From Patescibacteria group bacterium (GTDB taxonomy: Bacteria > Patescibacteriota > CPR2 > UBA1875 > CAIMLA01), in contig JBGSPL010000004.1 in the NCBI GenBank assembly GCA_041738615.1, positions 65,203 to 129,202 on the forward strand: a DNA stretch of 64,000 nt, in the 5' to 3' direction. Of this stretch, positions 1-9,435 are shown one piece after another. The notes beneath the pieces are model-generated. The model had not been told where the DNA came from. It saw only the letters and a program-made list of their open reading frames with translations, and made no database searches. The position numbers and the translations under genes were made by a program. Each line of letters begins with the position of its first letter. Position 1 is the first letter of the stretch.

Positions 1-379
1 GGCTAGCTGAATCGGCAGCCGCTAGTATCTTAGCTTCTATGGTTTCTGGTTGGACATCCCTACATCGATGCGATCTCACACAATGAGCAACCGCATCTGT
101 TTTAATATCCGAGTATTGGAGATCTTTAAGAAAAGCCCTGGCCTCGGTTTCGGCCTTCTTTGCATGATCCTTATTCCTATCTCCAAATGTTTGCCCAATA
201 TCATGGAGCCAGACCGAAACCAAAACAACTTCTTTGTCAGCCTCGGGATAATCTTTCCGCAATTTATTTGCCCACTTCTCAACTGTTTCAACATGACGAG
301 GCAAATACGGATAAGCGTCTGCTTTGCCCGCCTCGAATTTATCGAGAAAGTGTTGTTTAGTCTTTTCTACGATATCCAC
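1..379 (-). CDS. HD-domain phosphohydrolase (truncated by window edge; not in ORF track)
   Basis: Manual translation from GTG at 379: MDIVEKTKQHF...RHVETVEKWA...VWLHDIG...DHA...SHRC...AADSAS, with the H...HD...D motif. Start abuts the stop of the upstream gene. Confidence 0.85.
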   Translation of the reverse strand, partial: MDIVEKTKQHFLDKFEAGKADAYPYLPRHVETVEKWANKLRKDYPEADKEVVLVSVWLHDIGQTFGDRNKDHAKKAETEARAFLKDLQYSDIKTDAVAHCVRSHRCRDVQPETIEAKILAAADSAS

Positions 380-769
380 TTATATCACCCCAAGGTACTT
401 TAGAACTATTAAAATAACAATAAGCCCCTCGGCGACTGCGACAACTGGTAAAGCGCCTGGAATAATAGCAATATTTCTGGTTAATTCTTTAACATTGCCT
501 GTCCAGTGAGGGAACTCATCGAGCACTAGCCCTAGGCCGACACCATAAAGAATCGGGATGAGATAGTTGGCCGGGCTAACGCCTAGGCCGATTACTAGAA
601 AACTAGCAAAAACGATAAGTATGTTTCCCCAAACAAAGTGATGGGAGCGTTTGCCATTTGAAAGGACATCGAGTGGTAATATGTGCCATTTTAGTACCGC
701 AAAGCTAAGCAATCTGGCAATTACGACGGTTAGCAATATAGCAAAGAAAATTATTATTAGTTGAATCAT
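380..769 (-). CDS. Small multi-pass membrane protein
   Basis: About 4 hydrophobic segments, HHFVWG and GLVLDE motifs; overlaps its neighbours in an operon. Confidence 0.75.
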   Translation of the reverse strand: MIQLIIIFFAILLTVVIARLLSFAVLKWHILPLDVLSNGKRSHHFVWGNILIVFASFLVIGLGVSPANYLIPILYGVGLGLVLDEFPHWTGNVKELTRNIAIIPGALPVVAVAEGLIVILIVLKYLGVI

Positions 770-1224
770 ACCAAAACACTCCCAGCATAATAAAACACAT
801 AAACATGCTTATCATCTTTAGTAATTTGTTCCGTACCGCCAATCTCGTTTATACCATCGGTTGAAGCTGGATCGCAGGTGTATATAAAGCCATCTTTTTC
901 CCACTCAACCTTTTTGTACAATCTAGTTTCTTTATTATTGATTAGTGCCCCACGGAGAATATTATCGATTTCCTCCTCAGTCATATCGCCCCAGTTTCCG
1001 TAATAACTCACACCAAAGATGGGTTTATTAAGGTAGAAAACGGTTTCCATGCCGTAAAAGGTGTTTTTACCAGTGTAGTAAACGTCACGGTAGAGCCAAT
1101 CACTCTCCTTATATTCCAGTTGGGTCGAATTATTCAGTGCGGCTTTGACCCTTCCCTCATCGGAAGCATAGGTATTCGCTCTCGCCTTAATCAAGAAGGG
1201 CTCTAGTTGTTCTAACTTGTTCAT
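766..1224 (-). CDS. DUF5680-like protein
   Basis: FLIKAR-NTYA...YRDVYY...GMETV...YYG pattern; ATGA overlap. Confidence 0.7.
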   Translation of the reverse strand: MNKLEQLEPFLIKARANTYASDEGRVKAALNNSTQLEYKESDWLYRDVYYTGKNTFYGMETVFYLNKPIFGVSYYGNWGDMTEEEIDNILRGALINNKETRLYKKVEWEKDGFIYTCDPASTDGINEIGGTEQITKDDKHVYVFYYAGSVLV

Positions 1225-1607
1225 TTCATCTCCTCAAGTATAGCAATAGCTTCTTCAATATTCTCGACGATTCGACCTGTTTTCCGCACGAATTCTATCG
1301 ACCAATCAATGCGTTCTTTTGGCCAAATAATTATTAGGTTTTCGCAAAAATCACCAGGACTTTTTGTATGGGTTGCGATAAAGTAGCCGACTTCTATCCA
1401 AGTCCCTTCACAAGGTGTTGTCCCTGTGCTGGCAATTAATATGTCAGCTTGTTTTACGGCCGAGAGATCATCGGGGTAAAAGGTTTCGGAAGATGATTGG
1501 TTGGAATGGAGTTCGGGATCAAAAAAGTCAAAATCTTTAACTTTGGAGATTTCATTCTTCCACTTATCATATTCTTTAAATTGTCCCGCTAAATATACCT
1601 GCTTCAT
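1221..1607 (-). CDS. Nucleoside 2-deoxyribosyltransferase / dNMP N-glycosidase-like protein
   Basis: VYLAG, DLxAVxxADIL and GTWIEVGY motifs. Confidence 0.7.
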   Translation of the reverse strand: MKQVYLAGQFKEYDKWKNEISKVKDFDFFDPELHSNQSSSETFYPDDLSAVKQADILIASTGTTPCEGTWIEVGYFIATHTKSPGDFCENLIIIWPKERIDWSIEFVRKTGRIVENIEEAIAILEEMK

Positions 1608-1664
1608 GTCAGCATTATAACTTAATTTGGCCTAAATCTTAAGTTAAATGGGGTAAAACGAGAA

Positions 1665-1694
1665 GAGCCCCTCCGCCGAATGGCGAAGGGGCTC
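1665..1694 (-). terminator. GC-rich hairpin terminating the 3026->1740 operon
   Basis: gagcccc-tccgcc-gaat-ggcgaa-ggggctc inverted repeat after the last stop. Confidence 0.6.
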
Positions 1695-1739
1695 CTTGGT
1701 AGTTCCTCGTGGAACTGTGGTACAAGCAGCTGCGTGCTA

Positions 1740-2006
1740 CTAGACGGTCGCGTCCTGCGACTTGTGTTGGTTGCCTCTGCTCTGCCACCACTCCTTCAGA
1801 TGATCCTCTACCCAACCAGCGCCCATAAGAAGCGCGCCGCAGGCGAAGATGAGGACCGTACCGAGTGCCGGGACCAGAAAGAAGGTCGTGACGTCGGGGG
1901 CGGTCTGGAGCTGGAGCCGAACCATCAGGAACTCGAGGAAGAAGAGTCCGGCGTAGACTTCGCCCACGACCCTAGCGTTCCCCCAGGTGCTGCGGATGAA
2001 TTTCAT
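1740..2006 (-). CDS. Hypothetical 2-TM protein (GC-rich cassette)
   Basis: AAGGAGG SD upstream; two hydrophobic helices. Confidence 0.65.
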   Translation of the reverse strand: MKFIRSTWGNARVVGEVYAGLFFLEFLMVRLQLQTAPDVTTFFLVPALGTVLIFACGALLMGAGWVEDHLKEWWQSRGNQHKSQDATV

Positions 2007-2043
2007 GATCTTCCGCCTCCTTGGCGAGAGTGGCGTGCCTGCT

Positions 2044-2430
2044 CTAGTTGTCCTCCTGATGAATGACGCGCAGGGCGACTTCGCAGACGGGTTTCAAGTC
2101 GCTGTCCAACTCGATGTTGGCCTCGATGAAGCCACCGAGACCAGTAGTGGTCTCTGAGCTGGCGAAGGTGTGGGCCTTCTCGTCGTAGGTGAACACCCGG
2201 ACGAAGAAGTGCGGCAAGACGATGTGATCGGCCCCTTCGGCCATGCCGATATAGGTGACCTTGGTCTCCGCGACGAGCACAACGCCTTCGCCGTAGCAGA
2301 CCTGACCGTCAACCGCTAGCGTGCCTCCTACCACTTTATTGATGGCGAACGTGATGGCGGCCTTGATCTCCTTCTCCTTCTCAGAGTAGTCGTCGCCCTC
2401 GTGGACGACCATTTCCTGGAGCCGCTTCAT
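2044..2430 (-). CDS. Hypothetical protein (GC-rich cassette)
   Basis: AAGGAGG SD; G/C-ending codon bias. Confidence 0.7.
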   Translation of the reverse strand: MKRLQEMVVHEGDDYSEKEKEIKAAITFAINKVVGGTLAVDGQVCYGEGVVLVAETKVTYIGMAEGADHIVLPHFFVRVFTYDEKAHTFASSETTTGLGGFIEANIELDSDLKPVCEVALRVIHQEDN

Positions 2431-2456
2431 GGTGTTGCCTCCTTGGCGAATCGTAA

Positions 2457-3026
2457 TCAGCAGGCGAATTCGGATACCGTGACCTTGATGTTGAAAAGAA
2501 CCTCGCAGTCCATGCCTTCGTCGATCTTCTTGATGTCGGTGATGATTGCCGTGTAGGCCTGAAACCCGCAGAAGTTGACCATGAACCCGATGAATACCGG
2601 CTCAGCCGTACCGCGCTTGGCGCGGACTTCAGGGGTCCAAATCTCAGTGCACACGATCTCGAGATGGCCCTCATGAGCGTACAGCTCACGCAGGCTCTCG
2701 GTGTCGAGCAGGTAATCCAATACCTTCTCTTTCATGTAGCGACTGATGTGACAGGTCTTCAATGGCTCCAGCTGGAACTCGAAGTCGAGGCTTCCACGCT
2801 CCTGCTGATACTGATCCTGGATCAGCTCAACCTCCGGTCGGGGCTTGCGGAGTCGTTCGATCAGCGCCCCAAGGACTCGCTTGATCTCGTCGCCTTGTTC
2901 GTTGACGTTCTGGGCTTCTCCTTCTTCGAGTCTTGCGCCATCGTAGACCGCGTCCACAACCTTGCCGAACTGGAGACCTTTCGGGTCTCGAGACGTGATC
3001 AATGCCGCATCGGGCATCGTCATCAT
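2457..3026 (-). CDS. Hypothetical protein (GC-rich cassette)
   Basis: AAAGGAG SD; first gene after a promoter and structured leader. Confidence 0.7.
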   Translation of the reverse strand: MMTMPDAALITSRDPKGLQFGKVVDAVYDGARLEEGEAQNVNEQGDEIKRVLGALIERLRKPRPEVELIQDQYQQERGSLDFEFQLEPLKTCHISRYMKEKVLDYLLDTESLRELYAHEGHLEIVCTEIWTPEVRAKRGTAEPVFIGFMVNFCGFQAYTAIITDIKKIDEGMDCEVLFNIKVTVSEFAC

Positions 3027-3169
3027 CTCCTTTCAGCTCTAATCCTGCTTTTTGAATGCAGAATTCGTGCTCCCCAATGGAGCACTATGTCCCTACGGGA
3101 CAGTAACCAAGTTACATGTATGCAAACTGATTACTGCCTCGAAGGATTTTGAAGGTACAATAACAAGCT

Positions 3170-3199
3170 ACTATACCACGAAGAATGCCTATTTGTCAA
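3170..3199 (-). promoter_or_regulatory. Sigma70-type promoter for the GC-rich operon
   Basis: TTGACA-18 nt-TATAGT with TG extended -10. Confidence 0.55.
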
Positions 3200-3327
3200 C
3201 CGTTTCGTGGCTACTCTGGGCGGTTCGAGTCCCACGCGGTTGCAACAAAAAAACACGGATTCTTGCGAAAACGTGTTATTTTTTGTGCGTGACTTCAGGC
3301 ATTCCGGTCACACAGAACGAACAAATT

Positions 3328-3404
3328 TGGCGATCCAGATGGGACTCGAACCCACGACCTCCGCCGTGACAGGGCGGCGCTCTAACCAGCTGAGCTACTG
3401 GACC
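3328..3404 (-). tRNA. tRNA-Asp (GTC)
   Basis: Full cloverleaf GGTCCAGTAGCTCAG...CTGTCAC...GGTTCGAGTCCC...CGCCA. Confidence 0.97.
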
Positions 3405-3624
3405 GTGTGAGCAAAGCGGCTGCTTTGCGAACATTCTTTGGTATATTTCGATGAAGGCAGATGCGCTGTCACCGCTATATATCGGAGTAATTATAGCGTA
3501 TTTTGCCGACTATTTCAAGAGTAATGAAAAACTATTTCCAACCATATATTAAGAATAAAACATTGTAAAAAGCGAGAAAAGGTGGTATCATACTGTTTCG
3601 TGTCCATCCAGGGGAAGGAATCAT

Positions 3625-3996
3625 ATGTGTCGAGGTCTGCGGATTCACAGCCACACGGCTGAAGGCATCACGGTCCTTGAGGTTCGCCTCGAAGGTCTCT
3701 GCGACGGAAACATGGTCTACGACCTTGTCATGTTGCGCGATCGTCTGCTCAACCAAGAGGATGCCGATGTCATCATTGACGCCAGCAATGCGTTGGTGAT
3801 GCCGGGTGCGCCCGAAGGCGTGCTTATCTCTCTCGGGAGAGAGCTCGCGCAGCGAGGCAAGATGCTTCACTACGTAGTGGGGAACGACAACCGGCCCAGC
3901 ATGGCTGATCTGACTACGAAGTATCGGGGCATTTCGTTCCACAAGACCCTGACTTCGGCGTTGGAATCGGCCGGAGCGGTCACGGTCGCGGCATAG
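3625..3996 (+). CDS. STAS/anti-sigma antagonist-like protein
   Basis: Size and beta/alpha pattern (GITVLEV..G..D...VIIDAS); own promoter, SD and terminator hairpin after the stop. Confidence 0.55.
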   Translation: MCRGLRIHSHTAEGITVLEVRLEGLCDGNMVYDLVMLRDRLLNQEDADVIIDASNALVMPGAPEGVLISLGRELAQRGKMLHYVVGNDNRPSMADLTTKYRGISFHKTLTSALESAGAVTVAA

Positions 3997-4136
3997 CTGC
4001 GAAGACGGGGCACCTGCGCATAGCAGGTGCCCTGCGTCCATTTATGATACAAACGTTAATTATATAGCTGACAATATCGTTTTTTCGTGGTAGAATGGCT
4101 TCGACATGCACTTTCCGACGCCTATAGGAGGCAACC

Positions 4137-4847
4137 ATGGAAGGGCCATTTGCACCTGAAATCATGCCTCCGTTTATGCGAGGCGAAGATGTGCGGAAGA
4201 GCACGCAGTTCTACTGGCGACTTGGCAGGATCGTCGACATCATCTCGTCGGCAGCCTTCAAGTTTGCCATCGATGGGCTCGAGAATCTGCCCGACGACAC
4301 TGGAAGTGTGTTGGCGCCGAATCACGACAACGCGTTCGACCCAATCCTAGCTTCGCTATTGCACTGTTCCTGGTGCCTGCCGATCCACTGGCTGGCGAAG
4401 ATCGAGCTCTTCGGTGAGCTGCGTTTTGAGGTTGGTAATCGTCTCATCGTGATTCCCCCCGGGAAGATGACCAAGTTCATGTACGCTGTGCGCTGTATTC
4501 CGATCACTCGCGAGAAGCCAGAGCTCCAGTCCTTCAAATCCGTGAAGGCCATACTGGGGAATGGTGGAGTCGTTGGTATCTTTCCCGAGGGGACGCGGAA
4601 CAAGGACGGCAAGAAGGAGACTACGAGCGATCTGAAGGGCGGCGCGATCAAGTTCGCCCAGATGGCGGGCGTACCCGTGGTACCGCTCTTGATGAAATCG
4701 ACGATGCCGTCACTCTGGCCGCTGCGCCGAGGGACATTCGTCATCAAGTACGGCATACCGTTCCTCCCGACTCGTGATCAAACGATCGAGGAGCAGCTCG
4801 AGATGCTACGCCAGTCCATGGCCTCACTCGGCTGCTTCGACTACTAG
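4137..4847 (+). CDS. plsC: 1-acyl-sn-glycerol-3-phosphate acyltransferase (PlsC family)
   Basis: NHxxxxD (NHDNAFD), AKxEL and IFPEGTR motifs. Confidence 0.85.
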   Translation: MEGPFAPEIMPPFMRGEDVRKSTQFYWRLGRIVDIISSAAFKFAIDGLENLPDDTGSVLAPNHDNAFDPILASLLHCSWCLPIHWLAKIELFGELRFEVGNRLIVIPPGKMTKFMYAVRCIPITREKPELQSFKSVKAILGNGGVVGIFPEGTRNKDGKKETTSDLKGGAIKFAQMAGVPVVPLLMKSTMPSLWPLRRGTFVIKYGIPFLPTRDQTIEEQLEMLRQSMASLGCFDY

Positions 4848-4983
4848 GCCACCAAGGAAAGGATGCTCGATGAAAGAGCCACCCGATCCGCGGTGGCTCT
4901 TTCTGTACCCAACTTTATCTATAAATGAAGCAGCCCCCATCGCAATATTGCGATGGGGGCTGCGCGTTTCGTGTGGTCCCTTA

Positions 4984-5799
4984 CTAAGGGACTGTCGTGG
5001 AAGTCGACGCAGACCAGTGTGCTTGGTACTTTACCGGAATCTGGTAGTCCGCGTCCTCGTAGTCGACTTGGATATGGAAGTCCGCCTCGCTAGCTTTCGC
5101 GGCCTCGTTGTTGTAGATCTCAGCGTTCAGGTCCCGATCTACCGCGAGGGCGTGAATCTTGTCCCAGGTGAGCTTTCGTTGCTCGGCGACTAGGGTAGCC
5201 GACAGGGCGCCGTCGTACGATGTGGCCACGTCTAGGACGGCGATTTCTTCATCGATGTCTCGTACTTTGCGGTGCATTTCGTGGAACCAGAGTGCTTCCT
5301 TCTCGAGAGCGGGGACGTAGATGTCGGTGAACGTCGTCGTCTCTAGCTCATCCATTCCAAAGAACTTGTCTATAGTCCTGAAGCGCTCTTTCGAGACCTC
5401 GATACGGGGGTTGCGTTCATTCTTGACGTAATACACAGTAGGGGAGCCAGTGACTTCGGTCGACTCCCCTCGCACGTAGATCGTGGCCGTCCTCGGCTGG
5501 CCCTCAGTACTGCGAGACACTACGTAGTAGGGCTTCCCTGGGATACGGTCGAGAGAAGCTGTTTCTTTGACCTGTGGGACTGTGAAGAGCACGCTAAGAC
5601 CCGCTACGCCAAAGACGATGATCAGTAGGACGGCGATGCCCAGGGAGAACGCAAAGGCACTGCTAGCCCTGACCTTCTTCGGCCAGTCCCGGTCGTTGCG
5701 AAGTCTTCGGTAGATCAAGGGGGCTCCTACGGCTGTGATGAGGAGCCAAACCAAGAACGTCAGTGACAGAGCAGTGATATGGATGCCGAGAATGTACAC
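4984..5799 (-). CDS. Hypothetical membrane-anchored protein (GC-rich cassette)
   Basis: Two N-terminal TM helices; own promoter and terminator. Confidence 0.7.
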   Translation of the reverse strand: MYILGIHITALSLTFLVWLLITAVGAPLIYRRLRNDRDWPKKVRASSAFAFSLGIAVLLIIVFGVAGLSVLFTVPQVKETASLDRIPGKPYYVVSRSTEGQPRTATIYVRGESTEVTGSPTVYYVKNERNPRIEVSKERFRTIDKFFGMDELETTTFTDIYVPALEKEALWFHEMHRKVRDIDEEIAVLDVATSYDGALSATLVAEQRKLTWDKIHALAVDRDLNAEIYNNEAAKASEADFHIQVDYEDADYQIPVKYQAHWSASTSTTVP

Positions 5800-5914
5800 G
5801 GTGTGTCCTTCCGTCGATGGATTTTGGAAACGCGCACCAGCATTTTACTATGAGAGAGCGTTTCTGTCCATATATTCAATCTATAATTAAATTCAAATCC
5901 ACTAAAGATTAAAG

Positions 5915-7852
5915 TTAGTTCAGATAGTCCTTGAATAGGTTTCTCTTAATAAGTGTACTTACCGCCTTGTCGATTTCGGCCCTCTTGGTCAGTAGTGTGT
6001 TGCATTCTGCGATTTCGAGTTCCGTTCGCTTCTTGTCGACGTATTTGCTGCAAGAAAGAGAGGTGTTGTTGTTTAGATAGCGAAGGTTTTCCGAGTAGAT
6101 TTGCTCGTAGTTATCATCAAAAGTATTGGTGTAGAAGAAGGGGGGTTCGCTGCCAAAGAGATCCCGGCCAAACATCGGGGAGGTCGGCTTGGCTCCAACC
6201 AGGTTGAGGATAGTGGGCATAATGTCGAGGTGCGAACTAGGGCTATTAATCCTCTTACCAGTCGTCTGGGCAGGAAGCTTAATGACTAGCGGTACTCGTT
6301 TTCCGGCGAGAGAATCTGGCTCTATCCTCGTTGTATCTGTATCGAAGCCGTCAAAATGGGCAGTATGATCGCCGTATAGCACGATTAGTGAATCGTTGTA
6401 GAGGCCGTCTGCCTTTAGCTTCTCAAAAAACTTTCCGAGGCTGGCATCGGTATAGTGGACTGCCTGTAGATAGTCATGGGTAAGGCTCGTGTATTTGTCG
6501 CGATTTAAAGTGAGAGTTTGATACTCCTTTGCCATCTCGAAGGAGAAATGGCTAGACAACGTAATTAGGTAACTCAGAGTGGTAGTAGGAGTAGCTTTTA
6601 TGTAATCGGCTGACTGGAAGAGGAAGTCTTCGTCCGAGAGTCCCATATTGACCGTTTTACCTGGCTTGTAATTGTCGGAGGCCATGAATCTATCGAACCC
6701 AAGCGACTTGTACATCGTGTTTCGGTTCCAGTACCCACGGCTGTTTGCGTGATATGCTTCGGTGTTGTATCCGCTCTTCTTGAGCTCCTTTTCTAAACTG
6801 GTAAAGCTATCCTTGGCGTACTTTACAAAGACAGAAGAGTCGGCGAGTGGGTAGAGAGAGGTATTTACCGAGAAATCAGCATCGGAGGTGCCGCCGGCGC
6901 CGAGTGTAAAGTAGTTGTTGGTAAAATAGTTTGAACCGGAAATTAGTTTGTTGATGTTCGGTGTGATTTCTTGTTTTTCGACCGACGCACCAATATTGAA
7001 ATCATTCAGAGACTCTACTTGGACCATAATGACACGCTTACCAGCAGCTATTCCGGTGGTTTTATTGGGTGCCAGCTTGGTTGTATTGGCTTTTAGCGTC
7101 GCGATGGTTTCTTCTTTGTCTAGAGGGCTGAGGTTGGTAAATGCCACTACAAAATTACGTGAGAAATCGAGAAGATGAGTGCTGATAACGCCGATATTCT
7201 TGGCCACCACCTTGTTCTCCGAGGTCTGGTTATAGAAAAAGGGCAGCTTGGTCGCAAGGTCGCTATAGAAGATGGCAAGGATCGTTGCGATAGGGAGCAC
7301 AGCTACAGCGAACCTTGCCTTTTTGCTGAGGCGACTCACTGGTATCACAGGGAAATCGATGCGTTTACGACGACGCCTGTGGATCCATATAAAGATGATA
7401 TCTAGTATCAGGATAATGTCGGAGTAGGACACTAGCTTGCTTATCCATGACGGCAAATCGGCAATTAGCTGCCCTCCCGTCCCGAGCATGCTCATCACAG
7501 GCAGGGTACCAAAGAAGCGGATGTAGTAGCTATCTCCGAGAAGAACTAGTGTGAGTACGATATCCATAACGAAAAGGTAAGTGGCTCGGCGCCCTCGGAT
7601 AAAGAGCTCAGGAATGGCTATGACCCAAGCAACCACCAGACTATATGCGAGGAATGGAACGAGGTTTTCCGCGTTGGGCCACAGATCGTTCGTGGCGCTA
7701 AAAATCACCAGTTTCACAAAGAAAATGAGGGCAAAAGTAATGACGATACGCTCTCTCACGTACCTGGATTCGTCCACGACTGTTGTTTTGTGGGGAGACC
7801 AGAATTTATGGAGCTCCCTGGGAATCGATTTTATATATTTACTTAATTTCAT
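5915..7852 (-). CDS. LTA synthase (LtaS)-family sulfatase
   Basis: 5 TM helices plus QVESL, GGTSDADF (catalytic Thr), TLSSH, YGDH and DIMPTIL motifs. Confidence 0.88.
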   Translation of the reverse strand: MKLSKYIKSIPRELHKFWSPHKTTVVDESRYVRERIVITFALIFFVKLVIFSATNDLWPNAENLVPFLAYSLVVAWVIAIPELFIRGRRATYLFVMDIVLTLVLLGDSYYIRFFGTLPVMSMLGTGGQLIADLPSWISKLVSYSDIILILDIIFIWIHRRRRKRIDFPVIPVSRLSKKARFAVAVLPIATILAIFYSDLATKLPFFYNQTSENKVVAKNIGVISTHLLDFSRNFVVAFTNLSPLDKEETIATLKANTTKLAPNKTTGIAAGKRVIMVQVESLNDFNIGASVEKQEITPNINKLISGSNYFTNNYFTLGAGGTSDADFSVNTSLYPLADSSVFVKYAKDSFTSLEKELKKSGYNTEAYHANSRGYWNRNTMYKSLGFDRFMASDNYKPGKTVNMGLSDEDFLFQSADYIKATPTTTLSYLITLSSHFSFEMAKEYQTLTLNRDKYTSLTHDYLQAVHYTDASLGKFFEKLKADGLYNDSLIVLYGDHTAHFDGFDTDTTRIEPDSLAGKRVPLVIKLPAQTTGKRINSPSSHLDIMPTILNLVGAKPTSPMFGRDLFGSEPPFFYTNTFDDNYEQIYSENLRYLNNNTSLSCSKYVDKKRTELEIAECNTLLTKRAEIDKAVSTLIKRNLFKDYLN

Positions 7853-7927
7853 CCCAACTATAGTAACAAATTTTACGGACAATGGTTAGGTTGCCGTGAT
7901 GCGCAAATATTCTGGTATAATCGTTCT

Positions 7928-9091
7928 ATGAAAAGACTACGAGTCGTAACACCACTGATATTTCTCTTCGCAGTCGCTACTGGCTACTTTTTGTATCTTA
8001 CTTTCAGCGGGCACATCACACCGAACCCAGTATCGGACGCGGTAGTTGCTAGCGTACGTCCCTACCCAACACTGACAAGTCCAAAGAATGTAACCTTGAA
8101 TTGCGATTATCATGGCGAAAATGTTGCAGTGACCGAAACTCTCTACGGCAGTCTCGCGGACTACTATCGCAATAATCCAGCCAAATACAGTGCCTTCTAT
8201 CACAACCAGAACGAGAAATACGTTTTTAGCTACAAACAAGACCCCACTATCTCTGACCTCACCAGCAAGATTAAGAAAATAGGGGTAGATAAAGGGCTGG
8301 ACAGGGATCGAACGCTCGATTTGGCAACGTGTTTACTGCAGAGTATCCCATATGATAATGAAAAGGCAGCACGAATTCTGAGCCCTGACTATTACAAACT
8401 AGCGGCCAATCAGTTAGTGCCACGCTACCCGTACGAGACTCTCTATGAAGGTAAGGGGATCTGTACCGATAAGTCGTTTCTAGGAGCGGCAGTATTTCTG
8501 GAGCTTGGATACGGGACATCGCTGCTCACTTTTGACAGCCAGCGCCATATGTCTATCGGGGTCTCGGTTCCCGACGGGATGGGTGACTTTGGGACGGATT
8601 ATGGCATAGTGGAGCTTACCGGTAGTAATTTCCTAGTAGGAGATATCCCTGAGATTAGTGGCAATGCTGGCCTTGCAGTGGGCGGAGTCCAGACTATACC
8701 GAACGTGACAACGGATAGTACTGTCGCTGCGGAAAATAGAACGGTCCTCTCGGCGCTTAGTGCTACAATTCCAATTTCCTCTGGCGCTATCTATAGCCGT
8801 ATAAGTGCAAGGATGGCTCTAAAAAACGAGATATCTACGCTTCAACCCCAGCTCGCGAGCAGCAGGAGTAGCTATTTAAATCTAAAAGCCGCCCTCACGG
8901 CCTCAGAGGAGGAGCTTCAAAAAACTGAGTCTAGCTACAAGCAGAGTCCGACAAGCGCGAGCTATTCTCGCTATACGACATCGTATAATTCGTACCTTAG
9001 CGCCTATAATGCCGCAACCACTGCCGTTGATGAATACAACTCACTCGTAAACAAATACAACGAGCTAGTGGCTAAGTACAAGGAATTTTAG
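7928..9091 (+). CDS. Secreted transglutaminase-like protein with C-terminal coiled coil
   Basis: N-terminal TM; PYETL..GKGICTDKS...HMSIGV...ELT. Confidence 0.6.
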   Translation: MKRLRVVTPLIFLFAVATGYFLYLTFSGHITPNPVSDAVVASVRPYPTLTSPKNVTLNCDYHGENVAVTETLYGSLADYYRNNPAKYSAFYHNQNEKYVFSYKQDPTISDLTSKIKKIGVDKGLDRDRTLDLATCLLQSIPYDNEKAARILSPDYYKLAANQLVPRYPYETLYEGKGICTDKSFLGAAVFLELGYGTSLLTFDSQRHMSIGVSVPDGMGDFGTDYGIVELTGSNFLVGDIPEISGNAGLAVGGVQTIPNVTTDSTVAAENRTVLSALSATIPISSGAIYSRISARMALKNEISTLQPQLASSRSSYLNLKAALTASEEELQKTESSYKQSPTSASYSRYTTSYNSYLSAYNAATTAVDEYNSLVNKYNELVAKYKEF

Positions 9092-9151
9092 TTGAGAGAA
9101 TGGCTGATTTCTGTTAAAATAGGCGTTGTTTCCAGCTAATTTCTGGGAATT

Positions 9152-9256
9152 GGGGTCCCCTAAAATTCGAAGCATTTTAGGGGAGGAGGAAGTGCAGTGA
9201 CAGGGCGTAGTAAATATCAATTAGTATTTACGGAGCGCGATAGCTCGTACTGAAGC
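9152..9256 (+). repeat. tRNA-leader structured element, copy A
   Basis: GGGGTCC-hairpin-GGAGGAGG-nested stems, ending at the tRNA-Gly 5' end; homologous to 9430-9533 and 24071-24172. Confidence 0.65.
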
Positions 9257-9330
9257 GCGGGTATAGTTTACCGGTAGAACGTGACCTTCCCAAGGTCGAG
9301 AAACGGGTTCGATTCCCGTTACCCGCTCCA
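9257..9330 (+). tRNA. tRNA-Gly (CCC)
   Basis: Cloverleaf; anticodon loop TTCCCAA; encoded CCA. Confidence 0.96.
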
Positions 9331-9379
9331 GCGTCAGCGTAAGCTGACGCACTACACGAGTTAGCCAAAGGCTAATCAT

Positions 9380-9435
9380 TTCGTGCTATCGCACGCCTCC
9401 TTTTCCGAGAAAACCTTGCGGTTTATCTCGGGGAC
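9380..9435 (-). repeat. Inverted half-copy B of the tRNA-flanking element
   Basis: Minus strand GGTCC-[CGAGA..TCTCG]-GAAAAGGAGG-[CGTGC GATA GCACG]. Confidence 0.55.

Noticed and set aside
50-403. Plus-strand 117-aa ORF and the many other short overlapping ORFs in the track
   Set aside because: Antisense or alternate-frame shadows of well-supported genes (here the HD gene); no SD or motifs.
3200-3245. Second tRNA or pseudo-tRNA on the plus strand
   Set aside because: Only the T-arm matches; no D or anticodon arm or acceptor stem. Kept as an inverted-repeat finding.
3328-3404. Possible group I intron in tRNA-Asp
   Set aside because: The anticodon loop is intact and the gene is a contiguous 77 nt.
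3052-3410. ORFs overlapping tRNA-Asp (also 9376-9618 and 24213-24458)
   Set aside because: Translations of tRNA sequence.
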